Counted from the stretch's first letter, positions 50,502 through 59,545 are shown. The stretch is DNA of 64,000 nucleotides from Spirochaetia bacterium (GCA_963675665.1 OY776510.1:4224001-4288000), one strand, 5' to 3'. Notes: generated by a model not told the origin, from the sequence alone. A program made the numbers and translations.

Positions 50502-52019
50502 TCAATCGGGAAAATACAGGAAATTGTCACGGCAGCCGTTCATAAACTCTTCAAATTCTTCAACCGGCAACGGTTTACTGAATAAATAGCCCTGAAATGT
50601 TCTGCAGCCTAATTTATATGCCTCTCTTAGCTGCGAAACCTCTTCAATGCCCTCAAAAACGATATCCATGTTAAGTTCATGTCCTATGCGAACAATAGAT
50701 TTTATCAGATCCCGTTTCTTGCCTTCTTCAGTCAGACCATCAGTAAATATTTTATCAATCTTCAGAACGTCCGCTTTAAATTTATTCAGATAACCGAGAG
50801 AAGAATAGCCTGTGCCGAAATCATCAAGTGAAATATTAAAACCGAGCGAACTCAGTTTCTCGATTTCTTCAGAAGCATATTCATGGTCGCTGAAAAGACA
50901 GGATTCGGTAATCTCCAGGTAGATATCGTTCGGATTGGCTCCGGTACTTTTCAGCAGTTCTTCAAGCTCCTCCGAAAAATTGAAACTGAAAAACTGTCTT
51001 GGAGAAATATTTATTGAAAGTTTTAAATCAAAGTACTCTCTCTTCCATTGAACAAGCTTCAACATCGATGCTTTTATTAACCATTTGCCGATTGGAAGGA
51101 TTAGTCCCGTCTCTTCGGCAACTTCAATAAGGTTGCGGGGAAGAACCGATCCACGGTTAGGATCCTTCCACCTAATCAGAACCTCAGCCTTGAATTCCTT
51201 GCAGTTTATTCCTCCCTCATCAAGACTGTTTACGGTAATAATCGGTTGAAAATATAGGTTAAAATTATGACTTAATTCAAAAAGCGTATCAATTTCAATT
51301 GCGGAAAGAAGATTATCCTGCATTTCAAGATTACCCATAATATGGTGCCGCATATCTTCAGAGAAAAATACTACATCCACACCGCGGCCAATAGCATAAC
51401 TTAAAGCAATATCAGCGCTTGAGAACAGCATACGTTTATTCAGTCCGTCTTCAGGAAAGCTTGCAACGCCTATTCTGCAGCCGACTTTGACCTTGTATAC
51501 CTGGTTGTCGATAGTAGTCTCTATATTATCGCGAATATCATAGGCAAAAAGGGCAAGCTCTTCATCAGTCATACTGTCAAAGATAAAAATAGCAAATTCA
51601 TCCGGCCTGGTATGATAAAGCACGCCGCGCTGTTCAATCATTATATTCAGACGTTCCGCAAGCGTATATAAAATATTTTGAAAAACTTCCTCATTAAATG
51701 CCTGCCTGACATTATTGAAATTCTCGTCAAGTTTTATGATCAGAAGACTAATCTTGGGAGGATTTGGAATATTAAAAAACTCCCAGAGTAATGTACCTAC
51801 ATCACGCTCCATTTTAAGGTGATTCGGAAGTCCTGTAACCTCGTCATACATACGTTGTAAACTGGAATTCTGATAGCGTCTCTCCGCGCTTTCCAACCTG
51901 ATCATAAGAGAACGAATTTTATCAAGAAGAGCTTCCCGATCCTTTTTTAACTCACTTATGACTTTTTCAGCTTCTGCGAGGGTTGTTATTTTTTTATCTT
52001 CAAAAACATCTTCACTCAT
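50502..52019 (-). CDS. Coiled-coil + degenerate GGDEF + intact EAL protein (probable c-di-GMP phosphodiesterase)
   Basis: DEVTGLPN, RPDEF instead of GGDEF; EVLIRW, INIS, EITES, DDFGTGYSS, KIDK, EGIE, QGYLFSKP. Confidence 0.9.
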   Translation of the reverse strand: MSEDVFEDKKITTLAEAEKVISELKKDREALLDKIRSLMIRLESAERRYQNSSLQRMYDEVTGLPNHLKMERDVGTLLWEFFNIPNPPKISLLIIKLDENFNNVRQAFNEEVFQNILYTLAERLNIMIEQRGVLYHTRPDEFAIFIFDSMTDEELALFAYDIRDNIETTIDNQVYKVKVGCRIGVASFPEDGLNKRMLFSSADIALSYAIGRGVDVVFFSEDMRHHIMGNLEMQDNLLSAIEIDTLFELSHNFNLYFQPIITVNSLDEGGINCKEFKAEVLIRWKDPNRGSVLPRNLIEVAEETGLILPIGKWLIKASMLKLVQWKREYFDLKLSINISPRQFFSFNFSEELEELLKSTGANPNDIYLEITESCLFSDHEYASEEIEKLSSLGFNISLDDFGTGYSSLGYLNKFKADVLKIDKIFTDGLTEEGKKRDLIKSIVRIGHELNMDIVFEGIEEVSQLREAYKLGCRTFQGYLFSKPLPVEEFEEFMNGCRDNFLYFPD

Positions 52020-52086
52020 GAAAATCCTTTTGTTGTTTTTCTATTTTAACTTTAGTGCAAATAAATAGATTTTGCAAAATAAATTC

Positions 52087-52120
52087 AAAAAAAAGGACCG
52101 TTTAAAAAAACGGCCCCTTT
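52087..52120 (-). terminator. Intrinsic terminator of the sulfur cluster
   Basis: Minus strand AAAGGGGCCGTTTTTTTAAACGGTCC followed by T8. Confidence 0.75.
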
Positions 52121-52143
52121 AATAATCATATATACAGCAAAAT

Positions 52144-53082
52144 TTACTGTACTACCGGAAAACCTTCGTTGGCCCAGCCGGTATCGCCTGTTACAGGCGT
52201 TCCCATTCCGCTTTTCAATGATACTGCATCATAACCCAGCAGCCTTAAAATGGCTACAGTTTGTCCGGCAGTCTGTCCTGAATAACAATGAACTACGAAT
52301 GTCTCATCTTTCGGAAGATCGGCAAATTTCTCCTGCATTCCCTGTCCCCATGGAATAAGAATTGCGCCTTCAATATGGCCTGCATCATATGCATCCTGCT
52401 GACGAATCGAAACTATTGTAGTAATTTCTTCGGCGTCATAGGCTTCTTTAACTTTTGCAGCAGGCCAGATATTACTTCCCTTCTCGGGAATATCGTTGAA
52501 ATATGCTTCAACTGCAGCTTTTATATCCGGATCATATTTGACGCCTGACGCATCGGGAGCAGGTGTAGGCTCTGTCGTAATAAAAGCATCTATTCCTTCG
52601 GTCTTTGAGATCCCGAGGTTCCAGCCGTATTTAATAGACTGAGCCTGAATACCGGCAACATTTAAAGCTGCAATAGTCTGACCGGCAGTCTGACCGGAAT
52701 AGCAGTTTACGAATACGGGGATATCATCCGGAAGCCATTCAAGCGCATCCGCAAGAGCCGGTCCCCATGGAGCATTTATAGCGCCTTTAAGGTGTCCTGC
52801 ATCATAGTCAGCTTCTTTTCTAATGTCTACAAGCATGAACTCTTCACCGGCATCCATCATTTCGATTATCTTTTCAGTAGGGATAATCCTGTTTCCGGGA
52901 AAATCTGCGAAATACGCAAGCGCGGCTTCTTCAACTGCATTCACCTTCACTTCAGGCGCCGCAGCTTTTTCAACTACCTTCTCTTCAGCAGCTGCAGGAG
53001 CAGCAGCTTCTTCCTTTGCACATCCGGCTACAAAACCGAATACGAGCGCCAGCATGAGAAGCATTACGATAATTTTTTTCAT
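52144..53082 (-). CDS. Tandem-rhodanese lipoprotein
   Basis: Lipobox VAGC; two domains, each GH(L/I)xGA..CYSGQTA. Confidence 0.88.
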   Translation of the reverse strand: MKKIIVMLLMLALVFGFVAGCAKEEAAAPAAAEEKVVEKAAAPEVKVNAVEEAALAYFADFPGNRIIPTEKIIEMMDAGEEFMLVDIRKEADYDAGHLKGAINAPWGPALADALEWLPDDIPVFVNCYSGQTAGQTIAALNVAGIQAQSIKYGWNLGISKTEGIDAFITTEPTPAPDASGVKYDPDIKAAVEAYFNDIPEKGSNIWPAAKVKEAYDAEEITTIVSIRQQDAYDAGHIEGAILIPWGQGMQEKFADLPKDETFVVHCYSGQTAGQTVAILRLLGYDAVSLKSGMGTPVTGDTGWANEGFPVVQ

Positions 53083-53175
53083 TGATAACTCCTTTACAGA
53101 AAATTAATCCTTATAAAAAGGATTATTTATTCCCCCTGAAAAAACAAGGGGAATTAATTCATTTATTCAACTATA

Positions 53176-54093
53176 TTATGATGCGTCCTGAACCTGAATC
53201 TGAACCTGACCGGGAACTTCCGGCTTGTAAACCGGCAGCGAATCGTCTGAACCCCATTCAAGCCATGCTCCATCATAGATCTTCAGATTCCGATATCCGG
53301 CATTATATAAAGCTGCCCAGGTTTGGGCGGCCCTGATAGAACTTTTACAGAACATCACGATCATGTCGTCAGGCATAATTCCGTTATCTTTATAGAGAAT
53401 ACGTATCTGCTGTACAGGTTTATACGTAACATCCGGAAAATCATTTTCCAGATACTCTATATGAACAGCACCCGGAATTGTGCCGTCATTGTATTCTTCA
53501 TCGGTTCTGACATCAATTATTGCATAGTTCTCAGGCGGGTTATTAATCAGCTCAAGAACTCCGGCCTTATCAATCAACATTGACGAATCCAGACTGCCGG
53601 GCTTGTAAGTTGAAGATGATACTTTGGAACTTCCATCCGTTATCGATGCTCCGTCGGCCTTTAAAGCTGAAAGTCCGCCTGAAACAACCTTAATCTGCCC
53701 TTTATGACCATAAATCATAAAAGTCCAGGCAAGACGTCCCGAATCCATATTGTTATTATCATCATAGATGATTATATCTGATTCTTCAGTTATACCGGCC
53801 TTTCCCGCTGCTTCGGCGAGTTGTGAAGCCGGCGCAAGCATGTTTGAAACCTGTCGGGTTACGGTGATGTCTTTTCGCTCAATATTAACTGCGCCGTCAA
53901 CATGTTCCTTCTCATAAGAAGTAGTTTTCTGCGCATCCAGAAGGACCCAGCTGCCGCTTCCGGCAAGCTCGAGTGCTTCATCTGCATCAATGATAAGCAT
54001 CCCGGACTCAGCGTAGTTTCCGTTTCCGCAACTGAAAAGCAGCAGCGCTGCCGAAACAAGAATCAGAATGCTGAATATATTTTTCCTATTCAT
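53176..54093 (-). CDS. Sulfurtransferase (SseA/rhodanese-type) lipoprotein
   Basis: Lipobox LFSC; HVDGA, IDVRT..GTIPGA, CKSSIRAA, YDGAWLEW. Confidence 0.88.
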   Translation of the reverse strand: MNRKNIFSILILVSAALLLFSCGNGNYAESGMLIIDADEALELAGSGSWVLLDAQKTTSYEKEHVDGAVNIERKDITVTRQVSNMLAPASQLAEAAGKAGITEESDIIIYDDNNNMDSGRLAWTFMIYGHKGQIKVVSGGLSALKADGASITDGSSKVSSSTYKPGSLDSSMLIDKAGVLELINNPPENYAIIDVRTDEEYNDGTIPGAVHIEYLENDFPDVTYKPVQQIRILYKDNGIMPDDMIVMFCKSSIRAAQTWAALYNAGYRNLKIYDGAWLEWGSDDSLPVYKPEVPGQVQIQVQDAS

Positions 54094-54105
54094 TTCTGTT
54101 TCCTT

Positions 54106-55332
54106 TTACTCTGCAAGAGTGGATTTTACTTCTTCCGGATCAAAATCCTCATCAAAAACCTTGACGATCTGACCGCCTTTAATAATTGCAAGTTTAGGCA
54201 CTTCTTCTATGTTCATCCTGTTTGAAATACCCTTCGATTTGTATATATCTACTTTGGTAACACCGTGATGCTCTGCAATCTGACGTTCAAGGTCTTCAAC
54301 AAGACTCAAACATTCGCGACAGCCTTCTTCTGATGCATCATATACAAAGACTACACCGTCACGCGCAAGAATCTGGCTGTGATACATTTCTTCTTCTGCA
54401 ATGTATTTTTCAGCCGCATAACCCGCAATTGCCCCGTCGCCTACTGCAGTTGCAACCTGTTTCAGGAACTTGTCAGTTACGTCACCTACAGCAAAAACCC
54501 CTTCGATGTTTGTATTCTTGTTTTCGGTTGTAATTATATAGCCCTTGTCGGTCATCTTTACCTGATCTTTGAAAATCTCGGTGTTGGGTAGATAACCTAT
54601 AAACTCAAAACAGGTCGGGACATTTACAACGATTTCTTTCTTGTTTTTAACATTCTCAAGGACTACACTCTCCAGCCGATCAGAACCTTCGAATCTTTTT
54701 ACAACAGTATTCCAGACAAACTCCATTTTGGGATTTGAAAGAGCTTCAGCTTTAGCTATCTCGTTACAATCCATTTTACCTTCATCATGTATAACTGAAA
54801 CTATAACCTTGTTGGCAAACTTTGTAAGAAACATACCCTCTTCAATCGCTGCATCACCTGATCCGATAATCAACACATCTTTGCCGGTATTTGCCGCAGC
54901 ATCACAAGTCGCGCAAAAACTGATTCCTTTATCAAAAAGATAATCTTCCTCGTTGACTGCGCCTGTAACTCTGGGTCTTCCGCCTGAAGCAATAATAACA
55001 ACCTTACACTTATAGATATTTCTAAAAGTTTCTACAATTTTTACTTCTCCGCTTAAATCAACGGATTTCACATCAGTACCTTTAAACTTTACACCGAATT
55101 TCTTTGCCTGTTTTTCAAAAAGGCTCATCAGCCCCAATCCGGTTGTACCTTCGGGAAATCCCGGATAGTTCTCAATTTCATTTGTATATGTTGCAAGTCC
55201 TCCGACGAGAGCTTTCTCTATCAGCAGCGTCTTCAGTCTTGCTCGTCCGCAATAGATTCCGGCGGTCAATCCGCCGGCGCCCCCGCCGATAATAACTACA
55301 TCATATTCTTCTATCTTCTTTTCTCTGGCCAT
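54106..55332 (-). CDS. Thioredoxin reductase-like flavoprotein with C-terminal thioredoxin-like extension
   Basis: IIGGGAGG, CATCD, GSGDAAIEE, FAVGDV..QVATAVGDG; extra ~95 aa with CREC and EEVP; ATG 55332 with AGGAGG SD. Confidence 0.88.
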   Translation of the reverse strand: MAREKKIEEYDVVIIGGGAGGLTAGIYCGRARLKTLLIEKALVGGLATYTNEIENYPGFPEGTTGLGLMSLFEKQAKKFGVKFKGTDVKSVDLSGEVKIVETFRNIYKCKVVIIASGGRPRVTGAVNEEDYLFDKGISFCATCDAAANTGKDVLIIGSGDAAIEEGMFLTKFANKVIVSVIHDEGKMDCNEIAKAEALSNPKMEFVWNTVVKRFEGSDRLESVVLENVKNKKEIVVNVPTCFEFIGYLPNTEIFKDQVKMTDKGYIITTENKNTNIEGVFAVGDVTDKFLKQVATAVGDGAIAGYAAEKYIAEEEMYHSQILARDGVVFVYDASEEGCRECLSLVEDLERQIAEHHGVTKVDIYKSKGISNRMNIEEVPKLAIIKGGQIVKVFDEDFDPEEVKSTLAE

Positions 55333-55535
55333 TATTCCTCCTATTAAAAAGTTCACGCCATGGAAGGCGTATAGTGAAGGGAAGTTTGCATTGGCAAACT
55401 TCAAAATGATAAAACACACGGAGGTGTTTTATCATTCCTCCTATTAAAAAGTTCCCGCCATGGGAGCTGAAAATCAGCCTGGCCGGCGGGTCTGCAAAAG
55501 GAAGTTTATAAAAGGCTCAGCCTTTTATAAACTTC
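55333..55535 (-). repeat. Structured intercistronic element, tandem copies B and C
   Basis: 30-bp direct repeat at 55334-55363 and 55434-55463 (1 mismatch, 100-bp period); hairpins GAAGTTT..AAACTTC at 55381-55402 and 55501-55535; GCC..CCAT-GGC hairpins. Confidence 0.8.
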
Positions 55536-55570
55536 AGGAACAAATCAAACTGATATATCTAATTTATTCA

Positions 55571-56104
55571 CTACATGAAAAACTTGACAAGAAGCTTGCT
55601 TCCTACCCATGCGCCGAGAAACAGAAATACCGCATATACCCATCCGGATAGAGAAAATGAAGTAATACCGCTGAAAAGCGCGCCTATGTTACAGCCGAAT
55701 CCGATTCGGGCACCGTATCCCATAGCCAGTCCGCCCAAAACAGCTGCGACAACCTGTCTCCACGATTTAATCTTCTTGATTTTAAACTGGGAGGCCATAA
55801 GGGTTGCAAAAAGAGCGCCGAGAATAATCCCGATGTTTCTCATACTGCCGGGATGGTTTAAAAATCCGTTCTCAAGGGTTTTCTGCGCTCCTTCAGAAGC
55901 AAAATAATACCATTTATCAACAGTCCCTCCGACTGCTTCATACAACCAGGCTCCCCAGTTGGCAAGCACTCCTGAGACACCCCAGGGACTGCCGGTAGAA
56001 GCAAGGGTATAGATCTGAAAAACAGATAAAAGAACCGCTCCCGTCAGATAAGGCCAGGCGTCCTTAAACCACATCTTATAGAATTTATTATCTTTAAGAG
56101 CCAT
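55571..56104 (-). CDS. YeeE/YedE thiosulfate-transporter family, C-terminal half
   Basis: WPYLTGA, PWGV, GGLAMGYGARIGFGCNIGA. Confidence 0.87.
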   Translation of the reverse strand: MALKDNKFYKMWFKDAWPYLTGAVLLSVFQIYTLASTGSPWGVSGVLANWGAWLYEAVGGTVDKWYYFASEGAQKTLENGFLNHPGSMRNIGIILGALFATLMASQFKIKKIKSWRQVVAAVLGGLAMGYGARIGFGCNIGALFSGITSFSLSGWVYAVFLFLGAWVGSKLLVKFFM

Positions 56105-56106
56105 AA

Positions 56107-56334
56107 TTAGTTCACTTTCTCAATTACAACTTCCCATTCACCGTCATCAACTTCTTCTATTTCAACGTTGTGACCTTCTTTTCTTGCCCATTCGGGAAGG
56201 TTCTTCATTGCACAGCTGTGATCAATCTGTACAATAAGAATATCACCTGCTTCAAGTTCTTCAATTTTCTTTTCAGCCTTTACCAGAGGTATCGGACAAG
56301 CTTCTCCCAAACAATCGAGTTCATATTCTGCCAT
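56107..56334 (-). CDS. YeeD/TusA-family sulfurtransferase
   Basis: LDCLGEACPIP, DHSCA. Confidence 0.9.
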   Translation of the reverse strand: MAEYELDCLGEACPIPLVKAEKKIEELEAGDILIVQIDHSCAMKNLPEWARKEGHNVEIEEVDDGEWEVVIEKVN

Positions 56335-56394
56335 AATTAAAATCTCCTGTATAATTTAAAATTTATTCTGAACGCTTACAGCGTTTGAAAATAT

Positions 56395-57099
56395 CTATGC
56401 GTTTTCTTTATTTTTTCTGTTTTCCCATTTATCTGCTGCAATAAACAGACAAACAATTATCAACAGCTGTACAATAAGTGCTCCCGCCCAGCCGAATACA
56501 TCGGGCAGAAAGACAGCTTTTCCGTTACTGATGACATTAAGTTTCCACCAGCCGAAATCATGTGCTCCCCAAAGCGAACCGACAACAAAAAAGAACAGTG
56601 ATAAAATCTGCATAATGAAGCCTTCTCCGACTCTCATTAATGTACCTGATGCACAACCTCCGGCAATAACCATACCGATTCCGAAGATAAATGCGCCGAT
56701 AACTGTCGAGAAGCTTACAGGGACTACGTACGACTGCCCCGGAACAGGAAGCCCCTGCTGTGCATAACCGTATTTAATTGCCCAGAAACCTATTGAGGTT
56801 AATGCAAACGCAATCAAAACTGCTCTGGTAACGGTCGTACTGCCTGTTAATGACGGATCCCGCATACTTGCTGTAAAGCAAAACCTTGATTTTTGAAGAA
56901 TAAATCCAAAGAACATCCCGGTAAACCAGAAAAGTCCGAGCTTTGGATCCTTTAATGAAAGAAGAATACCCAGAATTATTATTACCACACCGACAATGAT
57001 ACCGACAGGCAATTGATTTTTCTTCTTCCTTCTGGTTCGGGTGCTGCTGGAGCGTCTTATGCTTCCGGTTGAAACATTGCCGTTAGAAGCATCACTCAT
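56395..57099 (-). CDS. YeeE/YedE family, N-terminal half
   Basis: GFILQKSRFCF, GMVIAGGCASGTLMRVGEG. Confidence 0.88.
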   Translation of the reverse strand: MSDASNGNVSTGSIRRSSSTRTRRKKKNQLPVGIIVGVVIIILGILLSLKDPKLGLFWFTGMFFGFILQKSRFCFTASMRDPSLTGSTTVTRAVLIAFALTSIGFWAIKYGYAQQGLPVPGQSYVVPVSFSTVIGAFIFGIGMVIAGGCASGTLMRVGEGFIMQILSLFFFVVGSLWGAHDFGWWKLNVISNGKAVFLPDVFGWAGALIVQLLIIVCLFIAADKWENRKNKENA

Positions 57100-57139
57100 T
57101 AAATACCCCCTTCTGTAAAATATTAGTTTATTTTTTAGA

Positions 57140-57161
57140 ACTATCTACAATAGATAGTCAA
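57140..57161 (-). promoter_or_regulatory. Inverted-repeat operator overlapping the -35 of the sulfur cluster
   Basis: ACTATCTA-CAA-TAGATAGT (57140-57158); TTGACT at 57161-57156. Confidence 0.55.
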
Positions 57162-57286
57162 ATCTAACTTCCTTTATATTGACTTATTCTTATAAATATT
57201 CTTTCATACATTATAGGCTAGTTATATTCAGAATGCAATATTAAGGATGTTAAATTATCGATATAAATTGCACTTGACAGGCTGAA

Positions 57287-58954
57287 ATGTCCCAAATAGG
57301 ATTGTGTGTGGAGAAAGATCGAACATTATTTCACAATACGTCGATAAAATATCTTTTTATCTGGACAGTAATTAACCTTAGTTTTTTGGTCATCTTTCCA
57401 TTTGCGCACTCTGACGAGTCCTGGCTTGCAGGGCTCAGCAGGGCTATACTCGCGGAAGGAAATGCTGCCGCGACCGAGCCCTTCTTTAATCTTTTCCCCC
57501 GGGCTCCGCACGCAGTTAAAATTCTGTTTCATATCCTTCAGATTATTTTTATAAAAATATTCGGCTACAGCCTGTTCAGCGTCAGACTTGTTTCATTATT
57601 AACGGGAACAGCCGCTGCCGCGGTTTTCGGACTTCTCTGTAACCGTTTGGATATAGACAGGTTAACCGGCAGAATACTTCTTTCAATACAGATACAGTTT
57701 CTCTATGCATCACATTTCGGCCGTCAGGAAATTCAACTTATTTTATTAATGTTGCTTTCACTGTATGTGCTTTTTTCTTACGACACTGATACCCGTTCGG
57801 TGAATAAAAACGCTGTTCTATTTCGAAAAGGGCTCCTCTCCGGGCTGCCGATATCAGCAGCGATCGGGTTTCATCCCAATGCATTTATTATTGCCTGGCC
57901 CGCCGGGCTGATTATGCTTACTGAAATAATACGGAAAAGGCGCAAAATAATTGAAGGAGCCGGGTTTCTGCTGCTGCCCGCCGCTGCCGCTATTGTAATT
58001 ATAATACTGAGCCTGCAGTTCAACAGCAGCTTCGTTTCAGATTATACCGGGTTCGGTGAAGAAGTCGGGGTGATGGAACCGATTGATATAAAACTTCTCG
58101 GATTTGATGATTTTTACCGGAAATTGTTTCTGCGGATAAGCGGCACCTATTATACGCCCCGAATATGGCCGGTTTTTATACTGGCTGCAGTCTCTGCCGC
58201 AGGCATTATACTGTCAGGTATTTATAACAGTTTAAAATCAAACCGGATGCAAAAAGAGATTAAAACGATATCTGCAAATTCAGCTTTACAGACGGCGATA
58301 ACAGGTATTATCGGTATAAATACAGGCATCATTCTACTGGGAAAATACAGCGCACCTTCGATTATATTTATAATCCCCTTCCTTGTTCTTTTGGTTGCAA
58401 CCGCTCTGCAAAACATCAGAAAAACCTCGCTGCGCCGCGTATTATCTGCAGCAGCCATTCTGTTTCTTTCAGTTAATTCAGTAGTGATGATCCATCATGA
58501 GATATCGGGAAAACGGGAGACATACGCTCAATTTTTAAACAGGATAGAATCAGCGGTCGGACCGCAAGCTGAGGGGGCAAAAGCTGAACAAAGCCGTGTG
58601 CTCGGCCCCCTGTCTGTTGAATTCGCTCTCGATTACGGTCGGCTGCTTGACTGGAGAAACCTGACAGCCCTGCCGGAAATTCAACAAAGCGTCGCTGATT
58701 ATATTAAAGAAAATAATATTGAATACATAATCTATACTGAAGAATATGACGTTATTTACCGCGACAGGCCGGTCTGGAATATTCTTTACGGCAACCCGGT
58801 TAACTACCATGAACAGCTTCAGGTCTTTTTGCGAAACGAATGCGAACTGGTTGATAAATTTGCCAGTCCCGGTTACGGAACACGAATAGTCATGCACCGC
58901 TATAAACAGGACTGGCAGGTTAAGGTTTACAGGGTTATTCAGAACAGCAGGTAG
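57287..58954 (+). CDS. GT-C (ArnT/PMT-like) membrane glycosyltransferase
   Basis: HSDE after first TM, FGYSLFSVRLVS, HFGRQE, HPNA; about 11-13 TM plus periplasmic C-term domain. Confidence 0.75.
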   Translation: MSQIGLCVEKDRTLFHNTSIKYLFIWTVINLSFLVIFPFAHSDESWLAGLSRAILAEGNAAATEPFFNLFPRAPHAVKILFHILQIIFIKIFGYSLFSVRLVSLLTGTAAAAVFGLLCNRLDIDRLTGRILLSIQIQFLYASHFGRQEIQLILLMLLSLYVLFSYDTDTRSVNKNAVLFRKGLLSGLPISAAIGFHPNAFIIAWPAGLIMLTEIIRKRRKIIEGAGFLLLPAAAAIVIIILSLQFNSSFVSDYTGFGEEVGVMEPIDIKLLGFDDFYRKLFLRISGTYYTPRIWPVFILAAVSAAGIILSGIYNSLKSNRMQKEIKTISANSALQTAITGIIGINTGIILLGKYSAPSIIFIIPFLVLLVATALQNIRKTSLRRVLSAAAILFLSVNSVVMIHHEISGKRETYAQFLNRIESAVGPQAEGAKAEQSRVLGPLSVEFALDYGRLLDWRNLTALPEIQQSVADYIKENNIEYIIYTEEYDVIYRDRPVWNILYGNPVNYHEQLQVFLRNECELVDKFASPGYGTRIVMHRYKQDWQVKVYRVIQNSR

Positions 58955-59544
58955 ACCAGCCGGGTTATTCCCTTCTCAAGCGCTACCCCTACAGCAGATT
59001 CTTCGCCTATTGTTCGGCTGCGATCCTGCTTTAACGCAACTGCATTAGTTCGCTGGGACGTTTCCGAAACTGTTTCGGCTACATATTCCATTCCGGTTTC
59101 CAAATCCAGTATTCTAAGCTGCATTTTAAGCTGATAAGCCTGCCCGGAAGACGAAGCAGCGCCAATAAAGAATTTCACTGAAGGCTTATCATAAGACATT
59201 ATTTTAAGAGTTGCCAAATAATTTATGCCCGTTTCATCAAATATTCTTTTCTGCAGCTCAATTCTTGCTGCAATTTCTTCATATTCGGCAACATCGGCGT
59301 CCAGACTGCCGATTTGACAGTTTCCGCTCATTATCAGTTCTTCTTCAAGGATAACATTCGCCCTTGAAACCGATAAAGTGTCGGGCAGATTTTCAGGCGT
59401 TGGATACACACTTTTTACTATTGCGATTTTGCTTCCTTCTGCTGAGGCAGGCAGCCTGGCGCTTGCATAATCCGACGGGGTCGAAAGGCACCCCGTCAGA
59501 GAAATGGCCATAACGGTAAACAGAATGACCTTTTTCTTATTCAT
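58939..59544 (-). CDS. Lipoprotein, possibly CsgG/TolB-N-like fold
   Basis: MNKKKVILFTVMAISLTGC lipobox; QLRILDLETG strand. Confidence 0.65.
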   Translation of the reverse strand: MNKKKVILFTVMAISLTGCLSTPSDYASARLPASAEGSKIAIVKSVYPTPENLPDTLSVSRANVILEEELIMSGNCQIGSLDADVAEYEEIAARIELQKRIFDETGINYLATLKIMSYDKPSVKFFIGAASSSGQAYQLKMQLRILDLETGMEYVAETVSETSQRTNAVALKQDRSRTIGEESAVGVALEKGITRLVYLLF

Positions 59545-59545
59545 T

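Noticed and set aside
55334-55463. 30-bp direct repeat considered as a mini-CRISPR
   Set aside because: Only two copies, a structured 70-bp spacer, contains an SD, and no cas genes.
52144-57099. Selenocysteine read-through in the sulfur cluster
   Set aside because: All expected catalytic positions are Cys codons and the ORFs appear complete.
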